Of a stretch of DNA of 64,000 nt, positions 10,415 to 19,546 are shown piece after piece. The stretch is from an uncultured Gammaproteobacteria bacterium (GTDB lineage: Bacteria; Pseudomonadota; Gammaproteobacteria; UBA9214), in NCBI GenBank assembly GCA_963773065.1, contig CAVYZN010000009.1, positions 1 to 64,000 of the forward strand, read 5' to 3'. Numbering within the stretch: position 1 is the stretch's first letter; each line of letters opens with the position of its first letter. The notes below the pieces were generated by a model. The model was not told the DNA's origin, did not search any database, and worked only from the letters and a program-made list of their open reading frames with translations. Both the position numbers and the translations under genes were made by a program.

Positions 10415-10716
10415 ATCGACATCCGCTGCGCGACTGGAGAGCGAAGCGATGGCGTGTAGTCTAGGAAGGCGTAGGCGCGGGCGTATGGCCGTAGTGGCGC
10501 GGGGCCGATAGGTCCCGAGCCGGCGAAGGGCATATGCAAGCGCATCCGACACGCCGTCAAGCCATTTGCGGCAGCGCGGCGTAGCCAGCGCCGAGCGTGC
10601 GATGGTGTGGCGAAGCGGCGCGGACGCAGGGCGGCCGGGGCATAATAGGCTGTGGTGTCAAGCGAGGGCGAAACGACGACTTGGTTGTCCCGTTTCGCAT
10701 CCTGAGCGTCACGACA
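10415..10716. repeat. ~300-bp GC-rich non-coding repeat, copy 1
   Basis: Aligns with 32587-32886 and 34411-34626; ends CGTTTCGCATCCTGAGCGTCACGACA. Confidence 0.85.
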
Positions 10717-11341
10717 CGCTTGGGATTCTGGAAGCTAGATAATGACGACCTTACGCTGCACATGCTGGTGTCCCCGGAGACGAAGAGCGGCCAGAATCCT
10801 TTCTATCGCGAGAGCTATCGATATCAATACGTAACAGCCAAGGTAGTGGAAACGAAGCCGGATGCCTTCGGGGTCATTGTGGGTACGAATGTAGAGGCTG
10901 GGATATAGACGCTTAACAGATGTCCGTGAGTACGCAAGTAACGACGGGGCTATGCCATGTATTCCCGGTGTTGAGTTGCGCCAAATGGTGAGCCAGAGCT
11001 TGCGGTGGTCAGTGACCCAAACGTAGTACCGCAAGTAAATAACAAGGCGATGAAATCGAGTGAATGAGAATGGTAAGTCCGTCTGGAAATGCGGGGGGTT
11101 GAAGGACCATGGCTTGATTCCAATCAAGGTACAAACGTATTTACTCATGGCATTGTCTCCTTAAACTGTTTACCGGGATACTCCGGCTGTCTGCGGACCG
11201 TGGAGGGGATGGCAGTTGCCGGTGTGTTCAATCAGGGCGGACATGGCTTGCCTCCTTGTCCCGCTCCCTATGGCTGCCAAGGTACGCCTGCCCGCCTTTG
11301 GAGACTAAAGCCGTTTATGCAACGAACCGGACGAATCGGCC

Positions 11342-12379
11342 ATGAGTGAATCACCCGTCGACATCGCCATACTGATATTCCCCGAGAACAGCGCGTCGGT
11401 AATCTATGGCCTCTACGATCTGTTCATGTCGGCGGGACGCGACTGGGGAGTCATCACGGAGGGGCGACCCGGACCGGAGCTCATCCGACCGCGGCTGGTC
11501 GCCCGGCACGGGGAACCATTCGAGGTGAGTAACGGCATCTGCATCACGCCGCATGCCACACTGCGGGATTGCCCGCCGGTTGACATCATCTGTGTGCCCG
11601 AGGTCAACCTGCCACCAGGCGAGCCTCTCGCAGAGCGCTACCGTGAGGAAATCGAATGGCTCAAACAGCGCCACGGGCAGGGTACGATGCTGGCCGCCGC
11701 CTGCTCAGGCGCGATGCTGTTCGCCGAGGCGGGCCTGCTGGACGGACAGGCGGCCACCACCCACTGGGCCTGGTGTGATGTGCTGCGGGAACGTTTCCAT
11801 GCTGTCCAGGTGCACGAACAGCGCGCGCCGGTCATCAGCGGCGAGGGTCAGCGTCTGGTCATGGCAGGCGGCGGCACGTCTTGGCTCGATCTCGCGCTCT
11901 ACCTGATTGCGCGCAGTGTCGGTGTCGAGGCGGCCATGCAGGTGGCGCGCATCAATCTCATCGACTGGCACCAGATCGGGCAACAGCCCTTCGCACGACT
12001 GGCGCGCACGCGGCAGGTGGAAGACGCCGTCATCGCGCGCTGCCAGACCTGGATCGCGGAGCACTACCCGGAACCGAATCCGGTGCGCAGCATGGTGCGC
12101 CTGTCCGGGCTGGCCGAACGCACTTTCAAGCGCCGCTTCCAGCAGGCGACCGGCATGCCGCCGCTCGAGTACGTGCACGCCCTGCGACTCGAAGAAGCCA
12201 AGCAGATGCTGGAATCGGGCGATCTTCCTATCGAGGCGATCGCCAACGAGGTCGGCTACGAGGATGCGGGCTATTTCAGCCGCCTGTTCCGGCGCAAGGT
12301 AAACCTCACCCCCGCTCAGTACCGCAAGCGCTTCGGTGCCTTGCGCAGGACGTTGACAACGGGTGAGGCTGCCGGGTGA
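11342..12379 (+). CDS. GlxA-family transcriptional regulator (DJ-1/PfpI + AraC HTH)
   Basis: AACSGA, ATTHW, ERTFKRRF, VGYED..YFSRLF. Confidence 0.93.
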   Translation: MSESPVDIAILIFPENSASVIYGLYDLFMSAGRDWGVITEGRPGPELIRPRLVARHGEPFEVSNGICITPHATLRDCPPVDIICVPEVNLPPGEPLAERYREEIEWLKQRHGQGTMLAAACSGAMLFAEAGLLDGQAATTHWAWCDVLRERFHAVQVHEQRAPVISGEGQRLVMAGGGTSWLDLALYLIARSVGVEAAMQVARINLIDWHQIGQQPFARLARTRQVEDAVIARCQTWIAEHYPEPNPVRSMVRLSGLAERTFKRRFQQATGMPPLEYVHALRLEEAKQMLESGDLPIEAIANEVGYEDAGYFSRLFRRKVNLTPAQYRKRFGALRRTLTTGEAAG

Positions 12380-12499
12380 AAACCGGCAGCTGTCATGAAG
12401 GCGCAAATGCCTTGTATCGGAGCTACCGCAGCGTGCCCGCATAAAGCGGTGCGAATGAACTGGTGCAAGCAATACAATCATTTTATCCACAGCCATCGC

Positions 12500-13102
12500 A
12501 TGACCGAGATCCCCATCGATCGGACCGGCCAGCCCGAGGTGATTGCCGCGAGCGACGGCAGCCTCACCGTCATCGTCCCGATCCGGATCAAGCGTCGCGG
12601 TCTCCGCAAAGTCGTGACCTTACCGGACGGCGGCCATATGCAGCCACGCCCCTGGGAAGATACGCCGACGCCGCTCCGACTGGCACTCGCCCGCGGGCAC
12701 CGCTGGCTGGCGATGCTGGAATCGGGTGAGGCGAAGTCCATGAAGGAGATCGCCCGACGTGAGGGGGTCGACGACAGCTACGTGAGCCGTATGGTCAACC
12801 TGACCACACTGGCACCCGAAATCGTCGCCGCCATCCTGGAAGAGACGCTGCCGCCGGAGGTGACGCTGTTCGAGCTGGAGGCGGGGATGCCGTTGCTGTG
12901 GGAGGAGCAGCGGGGGAGGGCTGAAGATGGATCGATGACCCGTTTCGAGCGACCTGAACCGTCAATGGCGGTGGTGCATTACTTCATGACGACGATGTCG
13001 TCGGAGTGGGCGTCGGCGTCAATCACCGAAACGCCAAACCCAAAACAAGGTAACCGCAGCAATATTCTTGTAAATTCGCGTTCCGGCAGCCCCGTAAAAT
13101 AA
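12500..13102 (+). CDS. small phage/island protein typical of serine-recombinase elements (often mis-labelled LacI regulator); run-on C-terminus
   Basis: VPIRIKRRG.RK, ALARGHRW..MLESG, YVSRMVNLTTLAPEIV..IL, PLLWEEQR; similarity appears to end ~12915. Confidence 0.75.
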   Translation: MTEIPIDRTGQPEVIAASDGSLTVIVPIRIKRRGLRKVVTLPDGGHMQPRPWEDTPTPLRLALARGHRWLAMLESGEAKSMKEIARREGVDDSYVSRMVNLTTLAPEIVAAILEETLPPEVTLFELEAGMPLLWEEQRGRAEDGSMTRFERPEPSMAVVHYFMTTMSSEWASASITETPNPKQGNRSNILVNSRSGSPVK

Positions 13103-13116
13103 TTTTGGAGAAACAC

Positions 13117-13145
13117 TAGACAGACTAGTCTGTATGATATAGCAT
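13117..13145 (+). promoter_or_regulatory. sigma70 promoter overlapped by a palindromic TetR operator
   Basis: TAGACA-17 bp-TAGCAT; palindrome ACAGACTAGTCTGT (13120-13133). Confidence 0.7.
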
Positions 13146-13152
13146 TATTCCC

Positions 13153-13758
13153 ATGACCAAACGAGACAAGCTGAACGGGAGTCAGCCGCGGGAGCGGATC
13201 ATGAGCGTTGCATCGGATCTCTTTTACCGGCAGGGCTATCGCGCCACTGGGATTAACGAGGTGATCGAGAAGTCCGGTGTTGCGAAGGCGACCTTCTACA
13301 GCCATTTCCCGAGCAAGGACGATTTGGCTCTCGCCTATCTGCAGCAGCTGAAGGATACCGAGGCCGTGTATGTGGACAGCGCCATCCGGGCCGCCAAAGG
13401 CCGGGCCAACCGCTTCCTGGCGGTGATACGCTCGCTGGAGCCCTGGTTGCTGGATACCGAGTTCCGCGGCTGCGCCTTTATCAACATGGCCTCCGAGATA
13501 CCGGATCCGAGGCATCCGCTGCGGAAAGTGGGACGGGAGGTCTACAACCTCGTGCGCGAGCAGGTAGCGGCACTGGCCGAAGAATTGATCGCCTCGGATG
13601 CCAAGAAATATGGGCATCTGGATGCTAAGGAACTGACCCGTGAATACATGGTGGTCTTTACCGGCGCCATCTCGCTGGCCGAGATCTACCACGCAATTTG
13701 GCCGGTTAAGGATGCCCTGAATACGGCGCGTCGCTTGATCGGTGAAAAACCCGGGTAA
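13153..13758 (+). CDS. TetR/AcrR family regulator
   Basis: LFYRQGYRATGINEVIEKSGVAKATFYSHFPSK, FRGCAF. Confidence 0.93.
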   Translation: MTKRDKLNGSQPRERIMSVASDLFYRQGYRATGINEVIEKSGVAKATFYSHFPSKDDLALAYLQQLKDTEAVYVDSAIRAAKGRANRFLAVIRSLEPWLLDTEFRGCAFINMASEIPDPRHPLRKVGREVYNLVREQVAALAEELIASDAKKYGHLDAKELTREYMVVFTGAISLAEIYHAIWPVKDALNTARRLIGEKPG

Positions 13759-13777
13759 ATTTTTTTACCCAAAACAT

Positions 13778-13795
13778 AGACAGACGAGTCTGTCT
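13778..13795. promoter_or_regulatory. second TetR operator
   Basis: AGACAGAC-GA-GTCTGTCT, near-identical to the operator at 13117-13134. Confidence 0.7.
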
Positions 13796-14123
13796 TTAAT
13801 CGATCGAGTGAGGAGAATGGTAATGACCCGCCTACAGACCTACAGCCACGAGCATATTCTCGGCAAACCAATCGCCCTGAAGGCCCTAGTGCGCTTCGGC
13901 GATGGAGAACTGAAGCATAGGAGTTGTTCACACAGATACAAACCGGCAACAAATATCCCCTTGCGCGAAATCATGCTGATACACGCCGGGCCTAGAGTTC
14001 TTTCCATGCAGGGGCGGTCATGCGGATGGGAAGGTAGGACGCCTCTGCAGGCGGGGGAGTTTAACCGGTAATGGGAAAACAGACCCGAATAGCAAACCTC
14101 ATACCGAACTGGAGACACGTGTC

Positions 14124-14357
14124 ATGCAAACGAAGAAGGCCAATGTTGTTGTGGATTTGAAGCATACCCCGACCCGGGACCGTATCGACGAGCTGGAATG
14201 CGAGCTCGACGGAATCAACGGCGTGTCCCGGGCCCAGACGAGTTCGCGGTCGAGCCGTCTGGTACTCGTGGATTACGACCCGGAGATCATCGACTCGCAA
14301 GAGATTCTCGGCGCCGTCGTGCGCCGCGGATACGACGCGCGGCTGATCGGCATGTAA
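14124..14357 (+). CDS. HMA-like ferredoxin-fold small protein without CxxC
   Basis: L..INGV...LVLVDYDP..I....I...V...GY.A pattern; GGAG RBS. Confidence 0.7.
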   Translation: MQTKKANVVVDLKHTPTRDRIDELECELDGINGVSRAQTSSRSSRLVLVDYDPEIIDSQEILGAVVRRGYDARLIGM

Positions 14358-14394
14358 TCGGGGATCATCAACCATCACTGGAGGAGTCATCATC

Positions 14395-15153
14395 ATGAAC
14401 AGAATTGCAGTCTTTGTTTACGGCGCCGTCAGCTACAGCATCTTTTTCGTTACGTTCCTGTACGCCATCGGCTTCGTTGGAAATTTCATCGTGCCGAAGT
14501 CCATCGACTCGTCACCGCAAGGCCCGCTGGGTCAGGCATTGCTGGTCGATGCATTGCTGCTCGGACTCTTCGCCGTTCAGCACAGCGTCATGGCGCGCCC
14601 GGCGTTCAAGCGCTGGTGGACACGGTTCGTGCCCAAGCCGGTCGAGCGCAGCACCTACGTGCTGTTTGCGAGCCTGGCGCTGATCGCCTTGTTCGCTTAC
14701 TGGCAGCCGGTTGGCGGCGTGATCTGGAACGTGCAGGATCCGGTCGGCCAGGCCGTGCTCTACGGGCTCTGCGCCTTCGGCTGGGGACTGGTACTGGTGG
14801 CGACGTTCCTGATCAACCACTTCGATCTCTTCGGTTTGCGCCAGGTATGGCTCCATCTGCGCGGAGAAGAATATCGCCCGCTCACCTTCGGCACACCCGG
14901 CCCCTACCGGCTCGTGCGCCATCCGCTTTACGTCGGCTTCATCATCGCCTTCTGGGCGACGCCGATCATGACCGCGGCGCATCTGTTCTTCGCGCTGATG
15001 ACGACGGGCTACATCCTGATCGCCATCCGCCTCGAGGAACACGACCTCGTGTCCGAGCACGGATCGCGTTACGCCGAGTACCGCAAGCAGGTTCCGATGC
15101 TGGTACCGCGCCTGGGTGGTCGTCCGTCCAGGGCCGGTACGGAGTCGGTCTGA
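14395..15153 (+). CDS. mddA: methanethiol S-methyltransferase (ICMT family)
   Basis: FLYAIGFVGN..VPKSID, QHSVMARP.FKRWWT, ERSTYVL, INHFDLFGLRQV, VRHPLY. Confidence 0.8.
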   Translation: MNRIAVFVYGAVSYSIFFVTFLYAIGFVGNFIVPKSIDSSPQGPLGQALLVDALLLGLFAVQHSVMARPAFKRWWTRFVPKPVERSTYVLFASLALIALFAYWQPVGGVIWNVQDPVGQAVLYGLCAFGWGLVLVATFLINHFDLFGLRQVWLHLRGEEYRPLTFGTPGPYRLVRHPLYVGFIIAFWATPIMTAAHLFFALMTTGYILIAIRLEEHDLVSEHGSRYAEYRKQVPMLVPRLGGRPSRAGTESV

Positions 15154-15208
15154 GTCAACGGGGTGGTGCGGCGTGTGCCGCACCACCCGCCGATGAGGAG
15201 AATCAGAG

Positions 15209-15349
15209 ATGAATGCAGTGATCGATATCTCCCAACGGTCGTTCTGGAAGCGCCTGGGGTTGGCCGGCTTCACGTTCTTTCTGTTGAAAGGCTTGGTGTG
15301 GTTGTCCGTGCCGGTGGTGATGTACCTGATGGGCGCCGCGGGGCAGTAG
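15209..15349 (+). CDS. 46-aa single-TM small protein
   Basis: GAGGAG RBS; MNAVIDISQRSFWKRLGLAGFTFFLLKGLVWLSVPVVMYLMGAAGQ*; absent from the ORF track. Confidence 0.65.
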   Translation: MNAVIDISQRSFWKRLGLAGFTFFLLKGLVWLSVPVVMYLMGAAGQ

Positions 15350-15420
15350 CGCGGCGAATGCAAATTCAACCAATTCATTTTCATTAGCCGTTCGCGAATC
15401 CGCGCGACAAGGCCGCAACG

Positions 15421-16188
15421 ATGGAGGATCTGGCCATGGTGAAGACGTTGCTTGCCGCTGTTTTGGCGTTGTTCTCCTTGACTGCTAACGCCTCGCAACT
15501 GGTCCGTCTGGAGGTCGACCAGCACGCGAATAGCTACACCTTATACGTGGTAATGGAGCTTGATGCGTCAGCCGAGACGGTCCGCGCTATCCTGACCGAC
15601 TACGCCCATCTTGACCGTCTCAACGCCTCGATCACCGCCAGCGAGATCACCGATGCCAAGGACGACGGCACGGTCCGGGTGCTGACCCGATTCGAGAACT
15701 GCATCCTGTTCTTTTGTATGACCATGCAGCGGGTGGAGGATATCACCGAAGACGTCCAGGGCCGTATCCTGGTCGCTTTGGTACCTGATGTGTCCAGCTT
15801 CCGCTCCGGGCAAGCTTCGTGGGAGGTGAAGAGTATCGGGTCCGGGAGCCGCGTCATTCACCGTGCGACACTGGAGCCGGATTTCTGGCTGCCCCCCTGG
15901 ATTGGCACTGCCATCCTGAAGGCTACACTGCGCCGCGAGATCAGGGCGAGTTTCGAAAACCTCGAATGCCTGGCGCGGACGAATGCCCTGTCACATCCCA
16001 CGGTTCAGACGGCAGTAGCGGCGGAACACCATTTGAACGTGGCCCATGAGGTAACCAAACAGGCCGATGATCGGACTCGACTCTCTCCCATGGCGGTGCA
16101 GGCTCGTGAGGCGATGGATACCCGGGGTCTGACCGTAATGGCCGACGCCGGCGACCTCAAGAGCGAAGCACGCTTGTCGTGCCATTAG
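15421..16188 (+). CDS. SRPBCC/START-family exported protein with C-terminus fused to an IS1182 transposase fragment
   Basis: VRAILTDYAHL..LN, EPDFWLPPWIG; tail VQTAVAAEHHLNVAHEVT...TVMADAG resembles the IS1182 DDE region. Confidence 0.75.
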   Translation: MEDLAMVKTLLAAVLALFSLTANASQLVRLEVDQHANSYTLYVVMELDASAETVRAILTDYAHLDRLNASITASEITDAKDDGTVRVLTRFENCILFFCMTMQRVEDITEDVQGRILVALVPDVSSFRSGQASWEVKSIGSGSRVIHRATLEPDFWLPPWIGTAILKATLRREIRASFENLECLARTNALSHPTVQTAVAAEHHLNVAHEVTKQADDRTRLSPMAVQAREAMDTRGLTVMADAGDLKSEARLSCH

Positions 16189-16395
16189 CCTCGTGGCGGA
16201 TTGGCTGGAGCGGAGAACCCGCGTGGACGTGGCGCGCCTGGATGAGTACGCGGAAGATGCGCCTGCCTACCCCTGGAACTTCAACGCCTGAGCGAACATA
16301 TGTCCGTTCTTTTTTCTTTTTTGCGCGTTGCATCTCTGGTAGGGTGAACGCGTGCCGCTTCCGGCGCGCGTCAACCCTGAAAGGAGAAAGAACGC

Positions 16396-16977
16396 ATGAG
16401 CGATAAGGTTGTGAACATTGATGTGTCGAAATATGCCCCCAGCGGGTGGGTTCCGGGGGCTAGCGGATCGAATGGACCGGACCCGTTTTCGGTCAGCGGC
16501 GTGCAGGACCGCAAGGCGGTGGTGCAGAGGCTGCAGGCATCCAAGGCCCGGTTTGAACAATCAGAGTATCAGATGGGTTTCGATACCGGTGCGCGGTGGG
16601 CTGCCAATGAGGCACCGTACTACGCGCTCCGCTGGTTTGACGCCAATGAGAAGGACTGGGCCTATCGGTGGGAAGATGCGGTTGACCACGCCCGCCAGGG
16701 CATTCCGGAACATGGGCGACTCGACGGCTGGATCTATGAGCGGCTGTTCTCATTTGTCAACGAGGAGCAACGCGCGGAGGTCCCGCCCTGCGGTGAGTTC
16801 TGGGCCCGCGTATTTAACCATGGGTTTGACCCGAGGTTGTTCAGCCCGACCGTTGATGAGCTCAAGGGGTTTTGCGACGCCGCTCGCAAGGTCTACCAAC
16901 TGACGTATGAGAACGTTCACTATTTGCCCCTGGTCCAGAAGTCCAGCAAGCAAGCGGAGACCAATGACCCCGCCTAA
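16396..16977 (+). CDS. hypothetical protein
   Basis: 193-aa ORF with strong AAGGAG RBS and a downstream hairpin. Confidence 0.7.
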   Translation: MSDKVVNIDVSKYAPSGWVPGASGSNGPDPFSVSGVQDRKAVVQRLQASKARFEQSEYQMGFDTGARWAANEAPYYALRWFDANEKDWAYRWEDAVDHARQGIPEHGRLDGWIYERLFSFVNEEQRAEVPPCGEFWARVFNHGFDPRLFSPTVDELKGFCDAARKVYQLTYENVHYLPLVQKSSKQAETNDPA

Positions 16978-17002
16978 CCTGTTCTGCCCTCCGCCCCCTG
17001 CC

Positions 17003-17034
17003 AAAAAGGCCCGGAGCGATTGGCTCCGGGCCTT
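17003..17034. terminator. intrinsic terminator hairpin
   Basis: AAAAAGGCCCGGAGC-gattg-GCTCCGGGCCTT. Confidence 0.7.
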
Positions 17035-17577
17035 ATCAGAGTGGTCTGGCCTGCTGGCCGAAAAGGAGCGGGAGGGATTTAACCTGCTAACGCAGGACGG
17101 ACAAGCGACAGAGCAGGAGCGGGCGACTCACTGGATCTGACCCCGACCATCGTGGCGGGGCTTTTTCTCAAGATAAGTCCGAAATGGGCCGCAAAGAAGG
17201 TATCACCGGCAGATGTACTTATGACCGGGTTGCAGCAGAACGGACTCTTCCGGGAGATCAACTCATCGGTTCAATCGGAAAACTATCGTTAGATCAAAAG
17301 CTGCCGTTTTATTTTGTCCAGTACCCATTGGGTGAAACTTCTGATGTTGGCGAGTAGTGCAAAGACGGAAATGTGTTCGCTTTGCTGCGCCGTACCTGAT
17401 CGTTCAGCGTCTTTCGGTAAAGGCGACTCGCTTTCATGTCCGGAGTGCCCGACCTGGCTGGCGACAGTTGTTCCGCCTACTGGTACCGGTGATTGGCAGG
17501 ATCCTCGATGCCTGGGAAGAGGAATAAACACGGCGAAAAAGCCCAGGGCCGAGGCCAATACTCGGTAACCGTTAACG

Positions 17578-18765
17578 ATGCCTCACCCATCACAGCGTTG
17601 GATCGCCCACGTTGACCTCGACGCCTTCTTCGCCAGCTGTGAACAGCGGGAACATCCCGAATACCAGGGGCGTCCGGTCGTCGTCGGCGCCCAGCCCGGG
17701 CATCGTGGCGTGGTAGCCGCCGCCTCGTATGAAGCGCGAAAATTCGGCATCCACTCCGCCATGCCGATTTCCGAAGCCTGGCGCCGCTGCCCGGACGCGG
17801 TGTATGTGCGCCCCGATATCAACAGATACCGGCAGGTCTCTCAGCAGGTGTTGCGGATACTCGAAACCATCACGCCGACCGTGGAAGCGGCCTCCATCGA
17901 CGAGGCCTACCTGGATGTCACGGGACTCGAGAAACTGATTGGCGCGCCCGAAATGATCGGGCGCGAGATCAAGCAGCGCGTCTTCGCACAGACGGGCCTG
18001 ACCGTCTCGGTGGGCCTGGGACCCAACCGGCTGATCGCGAAACTCGGCTCGGAATACCGCAAACCCGACGGCCTGACGGTGGTCACCCCCGACCAGGTCC
18101 TGGACTTCCTGGCGCCCATGCCGGTTGCCAATCTTCGCGGCCTTGGACGTCAGACACAGAAAATCTTCGACCGCTTGCGTATCAGCACCGTCGCGCAGCT
18201 GCGCGCCGTCCCGTTGCAAACGCTGGCACAGCACTTGGGGCAGAACGCCGCCGCGAGTTTTCACCGCCAGGCCTTGGGACTCGCTTCCGACGAAGTCGTG
18301 CCGGACCGGCAACGCAAGAGCATTTCCAAGGAAACGACATTCGAGGCGGATATCCGCGATAAGGCCATCCTGCGCGACGCCCTGCGCGGGCTGGCGTCCG
18401 ACGTCGCAAGAACCGCGCGCCGGGAAGGTCTGTCCGGAACGGTCGTCACACTGAAAATCCGTTTCGAAGGATTTGAAACCCACACGCGTCAGCACAAACG
18501 GGAAGCGTCAACCAACGACGAACGCGAAATCCTCAAGACCGCCTGGCACCTGTTTCAGAATGGCAACCTGCCGAAGAAACCGGTCCGGCTCATCGGTGTG
18601 GGCATCAGCGGCTGGGAAGACAAACAGCCGGTTCAGGCGGACCTGTTCGACAAACCCGAAGAGCCGCAAGGCAACCCGCGGCTGCTGAAGATTATCGACG
18701 CCGTGACAGAGAAATTCGGCAAGGGGATGTTGCAGATCGGACCGGGAAGGAAGGCTGGGGAGTGA
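17578..18765 (+). CDS. dinB: DNA polymerase IV (Y family)
   Basis: HVDLDAFFASCE, SYEARKFGIHSAM, SIDEAYLD, KPDG, RKSISKETTF; QADLF clamp-binding motif. Confidence 0.95.
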   Translation: MPHPSQRWIAHVDLDAFFASCEQREHPEYQGRPVVVGAQPGHRGVVAAASYEARKFGIHSAMPISEAWRRCPDAVYVRPDINRYRQVSQQVLRILETITPTVEAASIDEAYLDVTGLEKLIGAPEMIGREIKQRVFAQTGLTVSVGLGPNRLIAKLGSEYRKPDGLTVVTPDQVLDFLAPMPVANLRGLGRQTQKIFDRLRISTVAQLRAVPLQTLAQHLGQNAAASFHRQALGLASDEVVPDRQRKSISKETTFEADIRDKAILRDALRGLASDVARTARREGLSGTVVTLKIRFEGFETHTRQHKREASTNDEREILKTAWHLFQNGNLPKKPVRLIGVGISGWEDKQPVQADLFDKPEEPQGNPRLLKIIDAVTEKFGKGMLQIGPGRKAGE

Positions 18766-19017
18766 GTTAGATGTAATCCGCCTGTATCCTACCCGGCTGC
18801 CGCCATTTGCGCGCCATGCTCAGCAAACACACAAAAGTTATGCCCCGTCGACCATCATGATGACCATCTATCGCTGGGGATGGATAGTCCTGAATCGCGA
18901 GTGGTGCAGCTGCCAGCGCTTGGAAGGTAATACAATCTCCAGAAGTCGGTGGCCTACATCATCATTATGAACGTTTGGCCGCATGATAGCGTGCGATATG
19001 AGTTTTCGGGAACGACA

Positions 19018-19414
19018 GCGCCCTGGGCGTGACTTCCAGCGCCAGAACTGGCGAAAGCCCTGACGGTGCCATCGGACGAGTGTCTGGGGCTGGACAATGA
19101 CCAGCGCGTCACGCCAGTTGAATAACCGGGAAAGCAGCACGAGCGCAACTCGGATCGGTGTGTCAGGCCGGCGAGGTTTGGCTTTGCGCTCCTGGAACAT
19201 GGCCAATTGTTTACGCAGGAAGAGATTCTCGGCAGCGAGCGCGCTCTGCGGGCGTAGGGTAAGCCAGAAGAATGCGGCCAGGTCGCCGAGCAGCGTAATT
19301 ATCGTTTTGACACCTTCCATGACGGGCAGTATCTTGCCATATCATGAAAGGCAGCGCGATTCGAAGGTAACTTCATCCCTAAGAATCTACAAGATTCAAT
19401 TATTGCGGACGACA
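19018..19414 (-). mobile_element. truncated IS481-like rve element (5' end + N-terminal transposase)
   Basis: LAAENLFLRKQL...RWHRQGFR; end TTATTGCGGACGACA; paralogous to 27609-28803. Confidence 0.8.
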
Positions 19415-19528
19415 ACGGTCAGTTCAATTGATGAGCCAATTCAATGCCGCGAACGCCTTGGCGGGATGCTCAATTACTACTATCGTGAAGCAGCTTGATA
19501 GTACACGTCCCATTTATTGCACCACACG
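19415..19528 (+). mobile_element. 3' fragment of an rve integrase-core transposase
   Basis: IQCRERLGGMLNYYYREAA* followed by TTGCACCACACG. Confidence 0.65.
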
Positions 19529-19546
19529 CGGTAACGAATGATCGGG

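Noticed and set aside
17289-17577. LexA box upstream of dinB
   Set aside because: No CTGT-N8-ACAG match seen
6263-19017. Composite transposon bounded by TGTCGTTCCCGAAA (6263) and TTTCGGGAACGACA (19017)
   Set aside because: The 14-bp inverted match is real, but the flanks (CCGT vs GCGC) show no target duplication; more likely independent IS ends
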